The notes beneath the pieces were generated by a model. The model did no database searches. It saw nothing but the letters and a program-made list of their open reading frames with translations, and was not told the origin of the DNA. A stretch of DNA of 30,362 bases from Macrostomum lignano. Lineage: Eukaryota. The DNA is taken from contig NIVC01003523.1 in NCBI GenBank assembly GCA_002269645.1, positions 1-30,362 of the forward strand, in the 5' to 3' direction. The position numbers were made by a program, and so were the translations under genes. Of the stretch, positions 8,307-19,599 are shown piece after piece. How positions within the stretch are numbered: the first letter of the stretch is position 1; every line of letters begins with the position of its first letter.

Positions 8307-10339
8307 TCAAGCCTGCTGGCACCAGCTGTCCAGCAGCGTGAACTCGCTCTGCGTGAGCACTCGAGTGCTCAGGCCAAAACATGAGATGCTGCCCCGCACA
8401 GAGTAGCTCGAATCTCCGGGGAAGCCTCCCAGATGCAGGCATTGGAAATTGGCACTGCTGAGACCGCCGACCTCCTCCGTCTTGTTCAGGGTGGCGGCGC
8501 GCGCGTTGCCGTTGAAGTAGAAGCCGGAGGCAGCTGTCGAGTTGAAGGAGACCCCAGCAGCAATGGAAGCCGCGGAGCTGTTCGAACTTGCATTAAACGC
8601 GGCGTCAGACCTAAACAGGCGGGATATCGAAGCGACTGGCCAGAACACTTGGTGCCAAATCTTTCCATCGTACGCGAAGAAGTCGTGAGAGACGTTGTTG
8701 CTGGTGCACTGCCGAAACACGGCATACGTGGCGCTGCGGTTCAGAGGTGACTTGCGTGCGATTGTCGGCTAAATGAACAGCGAACTGTTTCAGACTTTTA
8801 GAAAATTATACTCACTCGATGTTCAGCGGGTGCTTGGCCCGGACGAAGAAGGAGAACTTGTTGCCTTCGTTGACCACCGTCTCGAAGCCGGGCGTCTCCG
8901 CCATCAGGAAGGAGTCCAGGCTCTGCACAAAGTGCGCGCCAGAGGCGTTCACCGTGGCGTTGCCGCTACTCAGCCGGTACTTGGAGGGATCGGCGACGTT
9001 CTCGAGGCCGTGGCTGGCGAACCTGTAGAGCAGCTTGAGGCACAGCTGGCCCACAATCGGGTCCACGGATGACGGCACTGGAATGGTTTGATGATGGTCA
9101 GTAGGGCGATTGTGAAAATGATTTATGAGTTGCTGACAAGACCGAAACGAGATGTCAACTTAAGCACGTTAATCCATCAATCCGTAATGGGGAGGAATGC
9201 CCTTCCTGCCTCTCCGGTGTCGATAATGCGGAGCACTTCATATGTGACTGCCTCGCCTTTACTCTGGACAGGCTCACCTACCTCAGCCCAAACCCGGACC
9301 TCTCCGACATTTTCAGGCCCGAGTATCTCTACCAGCTCGTCCGCGACCTAAGAGCTACCGGCGGGCGAGCGGCCATCCACCTGGACTCTGGAGGAAGACC
9401 GCGCTGCGGACACCGGCACCACCGGATCTCCCCTCGCGACAACGTAACACCAGCTGCCCGTGGTCACCAGGGGTTAGCCAATGGGTGGAGACACCTTCCA
9501 GCTGTATCCGGAACCCCCTGCAGCTGGGTCAAGTAAGTCACGGGAATCCATTGGTTCACAGGGGATATAGGGGATAAAACTGGGATTTCACCCCAACTTA
9601 AACCTAGAACGGAGCCCAACGAAAAGTTTCAAACTAAAGCGCCTTCAACCGGAACCCCTGCATCCCTGGAAGCCCCTTGTGAGGGATCTGGATGAGAGGT
9701 CACGGCGTTTCTAATCGACTGTTCCGAAGAAATGATCGAATGCAGTCCGTCTGGTCCAGGGGCCCAACTTCACAAGAAAAAAATAACAAAACATCGAAAA
9801 AATATTATCGGGTCTTTTGCAAGACCGAAGCATTGGAAAACCCTCATCAACAACAAGCGCTACCAGCCTGATTGATGAATCCTTTACCCATTCTGAGTAC
9901 TTGGCATCCGCAAAAATGTATGACCAGCCAACTGCCTTTTCATGTAAACAGTCTTTCAATCTGACCAAGCGGTTTTCGGTCTTGCATGTATGATATCTCG
10001 GTCCTTATGGATAAGCGACCCCCACGTCACGCACAGCCTCGCACCTTGTCTATACGACTCGCAGGCTCCATCGCTCCACAGCGCCAGTCCCTCGCACGTG
10101 GAGTTGCCATGGTAACAGAGACCGGCTGACCGGTTGAAGTGGAACAGGTCGCAGTCCGGCCTGCTGCTGCACGCAGCGCCGCAGCGAATTTTCGACTTCT
10201 CGGCTCGGGCGGGCAGCGCGGAGAGCCGCGGGCACAGGGCGGTCGCTTTGAACTGCTTGACTGTGGAGAGGCCGGGGCAGCCCTGCAGCAGCTGCAGGAG
10301 AACGACGCAGAACAGAAGGAGCTCGCGGTGGGGGCTCAT
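8307..10339 (-). CDS. Secreted PAN/apple + LamG/ConA-like protein, copy 1 (327 aa; exons 10339-10045, 9077-8816, 8733-8307)
   Basis: Signal-peptide-like MSPHRELLLFCVVLLQLLQGCPG. Apple-type CGAACSSRPDCDLFHFNRSAGLC. C-terminal CLHLGG...GSISCFGLSTRVLTQSEF is LamG/pentraxin-like. GT-AG introns of phase 1 and 2; exons of 295+262+427 nt join in frame. Confidence 0.8.
9140..9715 (+). mobile_element. 5'-truncated non-LTR retrotransposon 3' end (C-terminal CCHC finger plus likely 3' UTR) in intron 1 of copy 1
   Basis: The frame not shown in the ORF track reads ECPSCLSGVDNAEHFICDCLAFTLDRLTYL (C-x2-C-x8-H-x4-C at 9198-9251), typical of I/Jockey-group ORF2 ends. The right boundary is approximate. Confidence 0.7.
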
Positions 10340-10725
10340 GGCAAGGGATGTTGCAAGCAGCGGGGAGAATTGGAGACGGGGAGGCTGGATGCTTTTTATG
10401 CATCTTCGGACTCCCAACTCAGCCAATGACCACCTGGATGAATAATTCACACAGTCTCCGAGAAATTTGCGAGCCATTGTGTTTGTCAGCGATGGAGGAA
10501 ATGCTGGGCTGCGCGGACTTGGAGCAGAAACTGAGGCAGGCCCGCTAATGAGCAAGCAAGCCGTGGGTTGGCAGGCTTGACTAGAAAAGCTAAAAATTGT
10601 TACCTGTTAGAATCTGCAGCAGGTGCGTTGCCTGGTTTCTAAGATCTTCTCTCCGTCGCTAACGTCCTTAGACAGAAATTGCGTGCCAGAATTATGATAA
10701 ATGCTTCGTCATGTCTTAAAAACAT

Positions 10726-10810
10726 TTCTGCCTTTACTTCCAGAAGCTTCCAATTAGTTAAGGAGAATTCTGCCTTTACTTCCAGAAGCTTCCAATTAGT
10801 TAAGGAGAAT
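10726..10810. repeat. 42-bp tandem duplication
   Basis: TTCTGCCTTTACTTCCAGAAGCTTCCAATTAGTTAAGGAGAA occurs at 10726 and 10768. Confidence 0.95.
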
Positions 10811-11102
10811 TTTTTATCATCTTTTTTGAGATCTTCAAACTCAACCAGTTGGTAGTGCTTCAATTGCAAGGACAGAAATGTCTGCAAGGAATGGTCGACC
10901 CTACTTGAAGTAGAAAAATGGTTTTCACTTTAAACACCAGAGACTGTGCTGTGGTCTTTCGTATACAATGGTTTCGTATACCAGCTGACTCGAATGACTG
11001 CTCATCATTGATACTTGAAAACATGTGGCACTTTTTCAAAACTGTTGTAATTGATACGGACCGTGCCCGTTCGTGCCCGTGTGCTGATGACAGAATAGAA
11101 CA

Positions 11103-11348
11103 TTGGGTTTCAGAAGACAATATTGGGTGTCAGAGACAAGTATTGGGTGTCAGAGACAAGTATTGGGTGTCCGAGACAAGTATTGGGTGTCCGAGACAAG
11201 TATTGGGTGTCAGAGACAAGTATTGGGTGTCCAAGACAAGGATTGGGTGTCCAAGACAAGGATTGGGTGTCAGAGACAAGTATTGGGTGTCAGAGACAAG
11301 TATTGGGTGTCAGAGACAAGGATTGGTTGTCAGAGACAAGTATTGGGT
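11103..11348. repeat. 20-bp minisatellite (GTATTGGGTGTCAGAGACAA), ~12 copies
   Basis: Exact 20-bp period. Confidence 0.96.
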
Positions 11349-11436
11349 AGTCAGAAGCACCACTTGGGATGCAGTACAGTGGCGGTACAAAAAAGAGGCC
11401 GATGCAAGCATGTCTGGAAGCCGCTGCTGCGGCGCG

Positions 11437-11883
11437 GGTGCATCAACAGCCTCATGGCGGGTGAATCAACAGCGTCATGGCGGGCCCGCGTGTGCATCAA
11501 CAGCATCATGGCGGGTGCATCAACAGCATCATATCGGGTGCATCAACAGCATCATATCGGGTGCATCAATAGCCTCATGGCGGGTGCATCAATAGCATCA
11601 TGGCGGGTGCATCAACAGCCTCATGGCGGGTGCATCAATAGCATCATATCGGGTGCATCAATAGCATCATGGCGGGTGCATCAATAGCATCATGGTGGGT
11701 GCATCAATAGCATCATGGCGGGTGCATCAATAGCATCATGGCGGGTGCATCAATAGCATCATATCGGGTGCATCAATAGCATCATGGCGGGTGCATCAAC
11801 AGCATCATGGCGGGTGCATCAATAGCATCATATCGGGTGCATCAATAGCATCATGGCGGGTGAATCAACAGCCTCATGGCGGT
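11437..11883. repeat. 23-bp minisatellite (GTGCATCAATAGCATCATGGCGG), ~19 copies
   Basis: Period 23 (11584/11607). Confidence 0.95.
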
Positions 11884-12787
11884 GTGCCATATCAGATGTA
11901 CTGTCTCGCAATTCTGAGCTCTCACCCTCCATCAAGCGCAGCTGCTTGCGCTAACCTTGTGAGTCAGTTAAGTGCGTCAACTTCGCTTGCCAGCATGCCT
12001 TGTCAAATAGTTAGACCGGCAGTTGAGTCTTTGTTTGCTTCAGCAGAGGTTTATTGGGTATAAGATTGAGGGAAATTCTGCAGGTTGTTTGAGCTGATTG
12101 ACAGGTTTCAGAGTTGCAGGATTTCGCTCGCATTCAGCAGTGCTGCAGCCATAAAAATGTTCAAGCAAGAAAAATAATTTTCTAGAAAAATGTTTTCACG
12201 ACAGTTGACACAATTGTGCCGGAGCGCACCTGGGATTTGGATTTGCAGCTGTGGAGTCTTATTATCGATCGGAAGTGTTCCTAAAGATACAGAATGTCAA
12301 TTTCAAGAGACGCTGTAACTGGGCGGCTCCTGCGCTCGGGCTGGGGTATATCTGGCGCTTGACCCCTGAATGTACAATAATTCCCTCGTTATGCCCCTAT
12401 CATTCCCCCTGTGGCGTTGTCTCATTCCCCTGCTTTCCCCTGTGCCCCTGATACTGAGTTATGCCGCTTATATTAATACATATTTCCTTCTGTCAACTAT
12501 AGTAGGGAGAGGACGCTCTCCCTTTTCTCCCCCTTAACATATTTGCGCCACCAGCTACACCGCCACATCGTTTATTCTCTTTCGCGGCCAATTTCCATTT
12601 AGTATTTTTTATCAGAGGCGGGGGCTGTGTACCCCCCTGAGGCACTTTAAGTGACATTGTCACACAATCGGCGAGAGACATTACCGCCCATTCCGCCGGC
12701 TCCCCTGAGCAGGCACACAAGCGCGCGGATAAATGCGTAGTCATACGCACAGGCACACACTCGCACAGGAGTGCACATCGGCCATAA

Positions 12788-12965
12788 CTTTATTTATCGT
12801 TAGGTATGTACACTTCACTGTGCCTTGGGTTGGGCCCAAGGTAATTCCATGAGCAGACCCAAGCCGAGATTCCAATTTAGCCCCAAATTAATGACTGCAC
12901 TTGGAATCGAGCCTGGGCCGCTGGCCCATCACAGCGCCTCGATAGATCACTAGTAGTGCTGCTCT
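12788..12965 (-). mobile_element. Degenerate tRNA-derived SINE-like element
   Basis: Minus strand has a B-box-like GGCTCGATTCC, a CCTTGGG-CCCAA-CCCAAGG hairpin and an ATAAATAAA tail. The A box is poor. Confidence 0.35.
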
Positions 12966-13152
12966 CCTATTGCTACTTGTAGTACACATTCACGACTGCT
13001 GTGTTCCTGATTTGCTTTTTCCTCCAAATGCCTAGGCACTAGCCTCGTAGGTTAGTACGCCCTACCCGTTTTTCTACCCATTTTCTTGCATTTTCCACAC
13101 GTGATCCGCGTGATAAGGCTATTTTTAAAAACATTTCAGTGACATTTCTGAT

Positions 13153-13905
13153 TGCAGACCAGTACACACCTAAACTATAGACCAGTACACAGCTAAACTG
13201 CAGACAAGTACACACCTCAACTGCAGACCAGTACACAGCTAAACTGCAGACCAGTACACACCTCAACTGCAGACCAGTACACAGCTAAACTGCAGACCAG
13301 TACACACCTCAACTGCAGACCAGTACACACCTCAACTGCAGACCAGTACACACTTCAACTGCAGACCAGTACACACCTCAACTGCAGACCAGTACACACC
13401 TCAACTACAGACCAGTACACACCTCAACTGCAGACCAGTACACACCTCAACTGCAGACCAGTACACACCTCAACTGCAGACCAGTACACACCTCAACTGC
13501 AGACCAGTACACACCTCAACTGCAGACCAGTACACACCTCAACTGCAGACCAGTACACACCTCAACTACAGACCAGTACACACCTCAACTGCAGACCAGT
13601 ACACACCTCAACTGCGGACCAGTACACACCTCAACTGCAGACCAGTACACACCTCAACTGCAGACCAGTACACACCTCAACTGCGGACCAGTACACACCT
13701 CAACTGCAGACCAGTACACACCTCAACTGCAGACCAGTACACACCTCAACTGCAGACCAGTACACACCTCAACTACAGACCAATACACAGCTACACTGCA
13801 GACCAGTACACAGCCAGAGTAAAGACCAGTACACAGCCAGAGTAAAGACCAATACACAGCCAGAGTAAAGACCAGTACACAGCTAAACTGCAGATCAGTA
13901 CACAG
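13153..13905. repeat. 23-bp minisatellite (CAGACCAGTACACACCTCAACTG), ~32 copies
   Basis: Period 23 (13201/13224), degenerate at both ends. Confidence 0.97.
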
Positions 13906-14209
13906 CCAACTGCTCCAACTCAGTCTGCTCGCATCTACAGAACCTGAGTTATTGAGATGAGCAGCGCCAGTAAAATAAGCTGAAATTCAGAGTCGCGGTT
14001 AGCATTTGAATTTTTGGGATGCTCGAGGAAAAAGGGCCAGCTGGCGTTGTTTATTCGTGTCTGTCTCAGACCGGGACTTGCGTCAGGGATCAGTTTGTCA
14101 AGTCTGTCAGATAAACCTCTTGAATGAAGGATTTGCGCTGTTATTCAATCTTCAGGTGCGATCAGATTCTCAGTTCAACTGCACTGCTGGCTTCCATGGG
14201 GCCGCCGCT

Positions 14210-15714
14210 TCAAACCCGCTGGCACCAGCTGTCCAGCAGCGCGAACTCGGACTGGTTGAGCACTCGAGTGCTCAGACAGAAGCAGGAGATGCTGCCCTGG
14301 ATGGAGTATCCGCTGACAGGGAAGCCCCCAAGCTGCAGGCATTGGAAATTCGCAGTGCTGAGGTCGGACTTCGAGTTTGTTTTATCCAGACTGGCAGCGC
14401 GGCTGCTCCCGTTGAAGAAGAAGCTAACGGCCCGGTCCGTGTCGTAGGAGACCCCGATAGAGACCAGGGCGACCGAGCTGCTCTTGTTGTACACGGTGCC
14501 GGAATTGTAGCGGTAGGATTTTTCGTCAGCGGGCCAGTACACCTCATGCCAGATTTCTCCTTCGTGAGTGTACAAGTCGTGAGCCACGGATGTCCAGGAT
14601 GTCCCGGTGCAGTGCCGGAATGCTGCGTAGGTGCCGCTGCAATTAAAAGAGGGTTTGGAACTCTCAGCCCCATTCGCACAAAGGTCTCACTGCGGTGCAC
14701 AGGATCTGGGACTCTCAGCCCCATTCGCACAAAGGTCTCACTGCGGTGCACAGGATCTGGGACTCTCAGCCCCATTCGCACAAAGGTCTCACTGCGGTGC
14801 ACAGGATCTGGGACTCTCAGCCCCATTCGCACAAAGGTCTCACTGCGGTGCACAGGATCTGGGACTCTCAGCCCCATTCGCACAAAGGTCTCACTGCGGT
14901 GCACAGGATCTGGGACTCTCAGCCCCATTCGCACAAAGGTCTCACTGCGGTGCACAGGATCTGGAACTCTCAGCCCTATTTGAACAAAGGTCTCACTGCG
15001 GTGCACAATGACTCAGCAAGAACCCGAGCTCTGCTCGAACTTTCATTGCCTCAGAGGCGACTCACTCGATGTCCAGCGGGTGCTTGGCCCGGACGAAGAA
15101 GGAGAACTTGTTGCCCTTGTTGACCACCGTCTCGTAGCCGGGCGTCTCCGCCATCAGGAAGGAGTCCGGGCTCTGCACAAAGTGCGCACCAGAGGCGTTC
15201 ACCACCGTGGCGTTGCCGCTCCTCAGCCGGTGCTGGCACGGGTCGGCGACGTTCTCGAGGCCGTGGCTGGCGAACCTGTAGAGCAGCTTGAGGCCGAGTT
15301 GGCCCACAATGGGGTGCACGGAGGACTGCTCTGGAGTGGGTGGGTGGTCAGGGGGATTTGCAAGCATTCGGAAGGAACAGAGGAAATACAGCACCGGACT
15401 TCCGGCTCACGGAAGCTACCTGCGCTGTAGGAGTCGCAAGGTCCGTCGCTCCACAGCGCCAGTCCCTCACAGGTGGAGTTGCCATGGAAACAGAGACCGG
15501 CTGTCCGGTTGAAGTGGAACAGGTCGCAGTCCGGCCTGCTGCTGCACGCAGCGCCGCAGCGAATCTTCGACTTCTCGGCTCGGGCGGGCAGCGCGGAGAG
15601 CCGCGGGCACAGGGCGGTCGCTTTGAACTGCCGGCTGGTGGAGAGGCCGGGGCAGCCCCGCAGCAGCTGCAGGAGGACGGCGCAGCAGAGGAGGAGCTCG
15701 CGGTCGGGGCTCAT
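14210..15714 (-). CDS. Secreted PAN/apple + LamG/ConA-like protein, copy 2 (328 aa; exons 15714-15420, 15330-15066, 14636-14210)
   Basis: Paralog of copy 1 with identical intron positions and phases. Exons of 295+265+427 nt join in frame. Begins MSPDRELLLCCAVLLQLLRGCPG and ends FALLDSWCQRV*. Confidence 0.8.
14656..15007. repeat. 51-bp minisatellite, ~7 copies, within intron 2 of copy 2
   Basis: Period 51 (14701/14752). It produces the 17-aa repeat ORFs in the track. Confidence 0.97.
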
Positions 15715-16189
15715 GGCTGCGGCGCGGGCGGGCGGAGCGGCGAGTCTGCAGGCCTTTAAATCGGCTGCCGCCCAGCCAGTCAGCGCAGGATTTGCTTGAG
15801 GCCCGCCAACAGAAACTCTTCTGTGAGAGAAAAATTTTTTTGAATGGAAAATTTTCAATGGCAGTCAGGCAAACAGTTGCTAAGGAAAATGGGACTGCTC
15901 GAGCTTCAGTTTTCTACGAAGTAGAAGAGAATTGGGACACCTGTGGTATTGGTAATTTGACAGAAAGCCCCTTGAGATGGCTTTACTTGTTCAAACAGTT
16001 GACTTTGAAAAAGTGAAAAAGTGTGGGTTCAAACAAATATGTGGCAAATCACCAGTCTAGGAGAGGTTGCGTCTCAAAATTGGCTTGGCTTCAGAGCAAC
16101 AGATACTACTAGGTAACCTGGCCTAAGCCCAATGCGACGGCTCCTACAAGTTGAGTAAATTGTTCTGAGCTGGATTGGAGACTCATCTC

Positions 16190-16520
16190 GGAAGCGAGAC
16201 GGGTGGCTTCTCAAACCTGACCTTGGCGCCCGTCAAGAAAGCATCACAGACAGGTCGTGGTCCGCATCAGTTTAAGCTGGATGACTTCTTAAGTAGAAGG
16301 GCGCAGATCTTGTGACAGCCGATTCTCAAAGAGTTTCTAAGTATTGCAATGTTGAAGGCTCAGTATTATCCGTCCTGCCTTGCTGCTTGACTGGAAACTT
16401 TTTTCCAGAGTGGCAGCTTGTTGAACTGAGGTGACCCGGCCATACCTTGAGAAATGTTTCTATGCATCCTCCAACTCTCTATCTGACTTCTGTTACTATT
16501 CTAGTGTTTCACAAAACCAG
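16190..16520 (-). pseudogene. Decayed LINE ORF1-like relic (RRM-like segment plus zinc knuckle)
   Basis: One minus frame reads ELEDA*KHFSRYGRVTSVQQAATL...GRIILSL, then TCL*CFLDGRQGQV*. The latter has CX2CX4HX4C spacing at 16252-16211 with single-base-type changes (CAC>CGC, TGT>TGA). Confidence 0.45.
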
Positions 16521-16678
16521 TTAAACCTTAGGACTGAACAGCCGTACGCAGATGCGCCGCGCAATAGCTGCGGCTGAGCTGTCGGTTGTTGCTGTTACGT
16601 CCGGCTTCCGTAATCCAGCCGAAGTTTTTTATTCTTTAGCTCGGTAGCAGGCGCTCAGGCGTTTTCTTCTCTTTTTAT

Positions 16679-16820
16679 TGCAATCGTTACTCTCTGAGTA
16701 AGGTGTGTTAGACGCGCCGGGGGGTGCCGCTGTACATGCCTCTGTACTCTGGCCGGGGTTGAGGCGTGGGGATGTTGGTCGCGCCGCCCGGCTTGTCTCC
16801 GCCGCCATTTCTCAATTTTT
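16679..16820 (+). repeat. Ngaro split direct repeat A1
   Basis: TGCAATCGTTACTC(T/A)CTGAGTAAGGTGTGTTAG...CCGGCTTGTCTCC...ATTTCTCA is shared with 20496-20676. Confidence 0.9.
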
Positions 16821-16834
16821 GCTCAGCCACCGAC

Positions 16835-17951
16835 ATGAGTGCCAGCCCCAAAGCGACTCAACGTGCGCCAACTCAAGGCTGAGCTGCGAAACAGAGGCCT
16901 GCCTACCACGGGCCGCAAACAACGGCTCGCCAAGCGCTTGTCTACTGCACTCGGCTTAGAGCAAGCTGACGAAGACTTCAACAACTCCGAGATGACTTCT
17001 TCTGCTCCGGACGCCGAGGCCGGCATCGGCAGCGCGGGCGAGGCGCCTCCGGGGGCGGGAGCGACCGGCTGGCGGCGCTGCGGCAGAAGGCGGAGCTGCT
17101 CGAACTGCAAGTCCTGGGAGGCCGTGGTCGGGATCTTCAGCAACGGCTTCACACTCAGCAGCGCTTGACGGCTCAGCTCCAGCCAGCATAATCATCAGGT
17201 GAGCAAAACGCACATACGCTCGTACCAGTCTGCAGTTGCCCGAGGTTTTTGAATCTGGGATGAGGGAGGCGGCTCAGCTTCAGGCCAGGCTTCGACTCGC
17301 AAGTTGCATTTGATCAGAGACCACATCAAGCTAGCCAGAGGACCCGGCTCAGCCGGTCAGGAGCACTGGTCGCCACAATGGAGAATGGCTCCCTCACATT
17401 CAGAAAGCAAGAGCCGAAGCTGTCCAGTATCTCTGCTGGTCAGTGGATCGCGGCCAATTCGGTCATCCTGCAAAAGCTGATCAAGGAGAAACTCCCGGCG
17501 GCTGCTGGAAAGCACTGATGGTCTCCTGACTGACGTCCTTGGCTACCTGGACTACAATCGCAAGATTGGAGAGCTGCTGGCTGCTGACTACCCGGGGTCC
17601 GTAATCTGGGAGTTTGACGAGGACTACCGGAAGCTGGTGGCGGAGAAGGGCATGGCGTGGGGTGAGGAGCCCCCTCAGCTGTACCACAAGCACCTCAACT
17701 CACCCAGAAACCTGCGGTTAACGTTCGCTAAGCAGCCCAGCCAGCAGCAAATCCCGGCAGCAACCAGGCTGATCTGTCTGCGCTTCAACTCCGAGTCCGG
17801 ATGCACCCGCCAGAACTGCAAGTTCCGCCACGTCTGCAAAATCCAAGGCTGCCTGGCAGCGCATCCGGCTCACGCTCACACGCAGTCGCCGCAGTCATTA
17901 CTCACCGGACAGCTGCCGGGTCACGTGACCGGTGCGAGTGCAAAAAAATGA
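16835..17951 (+). pseudogene. Ngaro gag-like ORF1, frameshifted: N-terminal SAP-like domain, coiled coil, C-terminal Cys/His fingers
   Basis: KRLNVRQLKAELRNRGLPTTGRKQRLAKRL is SAP-like. Also QWIAANSVIL, WEFDEDYRK...AWG and CLRFNSESGCTRQNCKFRHVCKIQGCLAAHP. Several frameshifts. Confidence 0.8.
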
Positions 17952-19560
17952 CGCCATTTTATCCAGCTGACTGCTCTGTTTTTAATTCCGAATATTCTGC
18001 TTTTACTTCTTCGCTGCCCATCTCGTCTGATCTGCAACCTGACGCCTGGAGTGCTCTGCTCAGCGACGACCCAGACCACGACTTTCTGATGCAAGGCGTT
18101 GTCAACGGTTTCGCTCTCACCAATGCTGGCCAACCGCCTTTGACTTCGTCCAAGAACTACGCCTCCGCTCTGCTGCACCGCTCTGCTGTGGAAGCCCAGG
18201 TCGAGGAGGAGCTGCGCCTTGGAAGGTACATCTGGTGGAGCGGCCCGATCAAAGTCAACCCGATCGGCACCGTGCCCAAGTCCGACGGGCGGGTCTGCCT
18301 GATCCATGACCTGTCCTATCCGACCGGCCAGTCTGTCAACGACTGCTACGACCAGCAGAAGCACATCAAGTACTGCACTGTCCAGCAGCTGGTTCGTTAT
18401 CTCCTCCGGGACACTACATGGCCAAGGTCGATCTCAAAAGCGCCTACAGGTCCGCGCCAATCAGGCCTGCTGACTACGGGCTCGTCGGCCTCGCCTGGCG
18501 GTTTGACTCGGACAGCCAGGACAGTCTGCTCTGCAACACCAGGCTTCCATTCGGCGCCAAAGCTGCTTGCGAAGTTTTCCACCGTCTTTCAGCCGCCGTT
18601 ACCCGGAACATGCACCAGCTTGGCTTTTCTGCTACAATGAACCACCTGGATGACGGGGCAGTCGCTGGGAAATCCGAGTCCGAAGCTTTCGCTGCTTTCG
18701 ATTGCCTGCTGGACATCTTGCAGCGCCTCGGCTTTACCATCAACTGGGACAAGGTTGTCAGGCCTACGCAATGCATCGACTTCCTTGGCGTGCGCATCAA
18801 CACCGCTACCGGCACCAAGTCGCTGCCAGAGGAGAAGGCTCTCGAGACGACGAAGCTGCTGACTCAGACCTGCTCGGAGACTCGGGTGCACCTGCGCTCT
18901 GCTCAGAAGTTGATTGGCAAGCGTGGCTGGTTCTGTCAGATTGTCCCTCATGTCAGAGTCTTCCTGCGTCCGCTCTTCGACTGGCTGACAACTGCTGTTG
19001 ACTGCAAGCTTTGGGTGACCGATGAGACCCGCGCCAACCTGTCCTGGTGGCTCAGAGCCCTGGCTTGGCTCCCCTCGGTTGCTTTGTGGCCGCGCTTCGA
19101 CGAGGAGTTTGCCGTGGAGACTGACAGCAGCCGGTCAGGCGCAGATGGAGTGCCATCGACTGGGAGCTGGACTGCGGTGGTGTGTTCAGGGATGCCCATA
19201 TCAACTTCAAGGAGGCTCTGGCACCTTTGCTGATCATCTTGCACCGGCGCTCTCAGCTCAACAACTGCAAATTGTCATCTACACAGACAGCACCGCAGCG
19301 GCTGGCATGATCAATTGGCTGAGCTCTCGTGACCCACGGTTCCTGCAGGTGTACCAGACTGTGGCTCTGCTGCGCATCCGGAACAGCATCAGTTTGGAGA
19401 CCTTTCACCTGCCTGGTTGCATGCAGATTTTTGCTGATGCTGCCTCCCGTATGTTTGTCTCGCAGTCTGAGCTCATTAACTTTTGCTCCCGCTACTACCG
19501 TACGCTCGTGATCTGCCCGCTTGAGTTCACGTCGCACGCGCTCTCTGCCACTTCTCTATC
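17948..19560 (+). pseudogene. Ngaro reverse transcriptase / RNase H, frameshifted
   Basis: ATG 17948 overlaps the gag stop. RT motifs: PIGTVPKSDGRVCLIHDLSYP, MAKVDLKSAYR, RLPFG, HLDD (YLDD variant, 18643), DFLG. RNase H motifs: TDSS, HINFKEALA, TDS, ADAASR. Confidence 0.9.
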
Positions 19561-19599
19561 TTTTGCAGGTCGCCCTTCGGAGACGCCGCCCGCCCCCCG

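Noticed and set aside
12314-12559. Solo LTR (TGTAACTG...CAGCTACA, 7/8 inverted ends)
   Set aside because: Flanks match only 3/4 (ACGC vs CCGC), with no clear polyA signal or PBS. Insufficient support.
1-15007. CRISPR-like appearance of the 20-51-bp repeats
   Set aside because: Units are directly adjacent with no unique spacers, there are no cas genes, and the context is eukaryotic.
14006-15123. 325-, 244-, 142- and 126-aa ORFs with 17-aa repeats; also cryptic ACCGCAG acceptors in each 51-bp unit
   Set aside because: Antisense or alternative frames of the PAN-LamG exon plus the intronic array. Use of the cryptic acceptors would be out of frame with exon 3.
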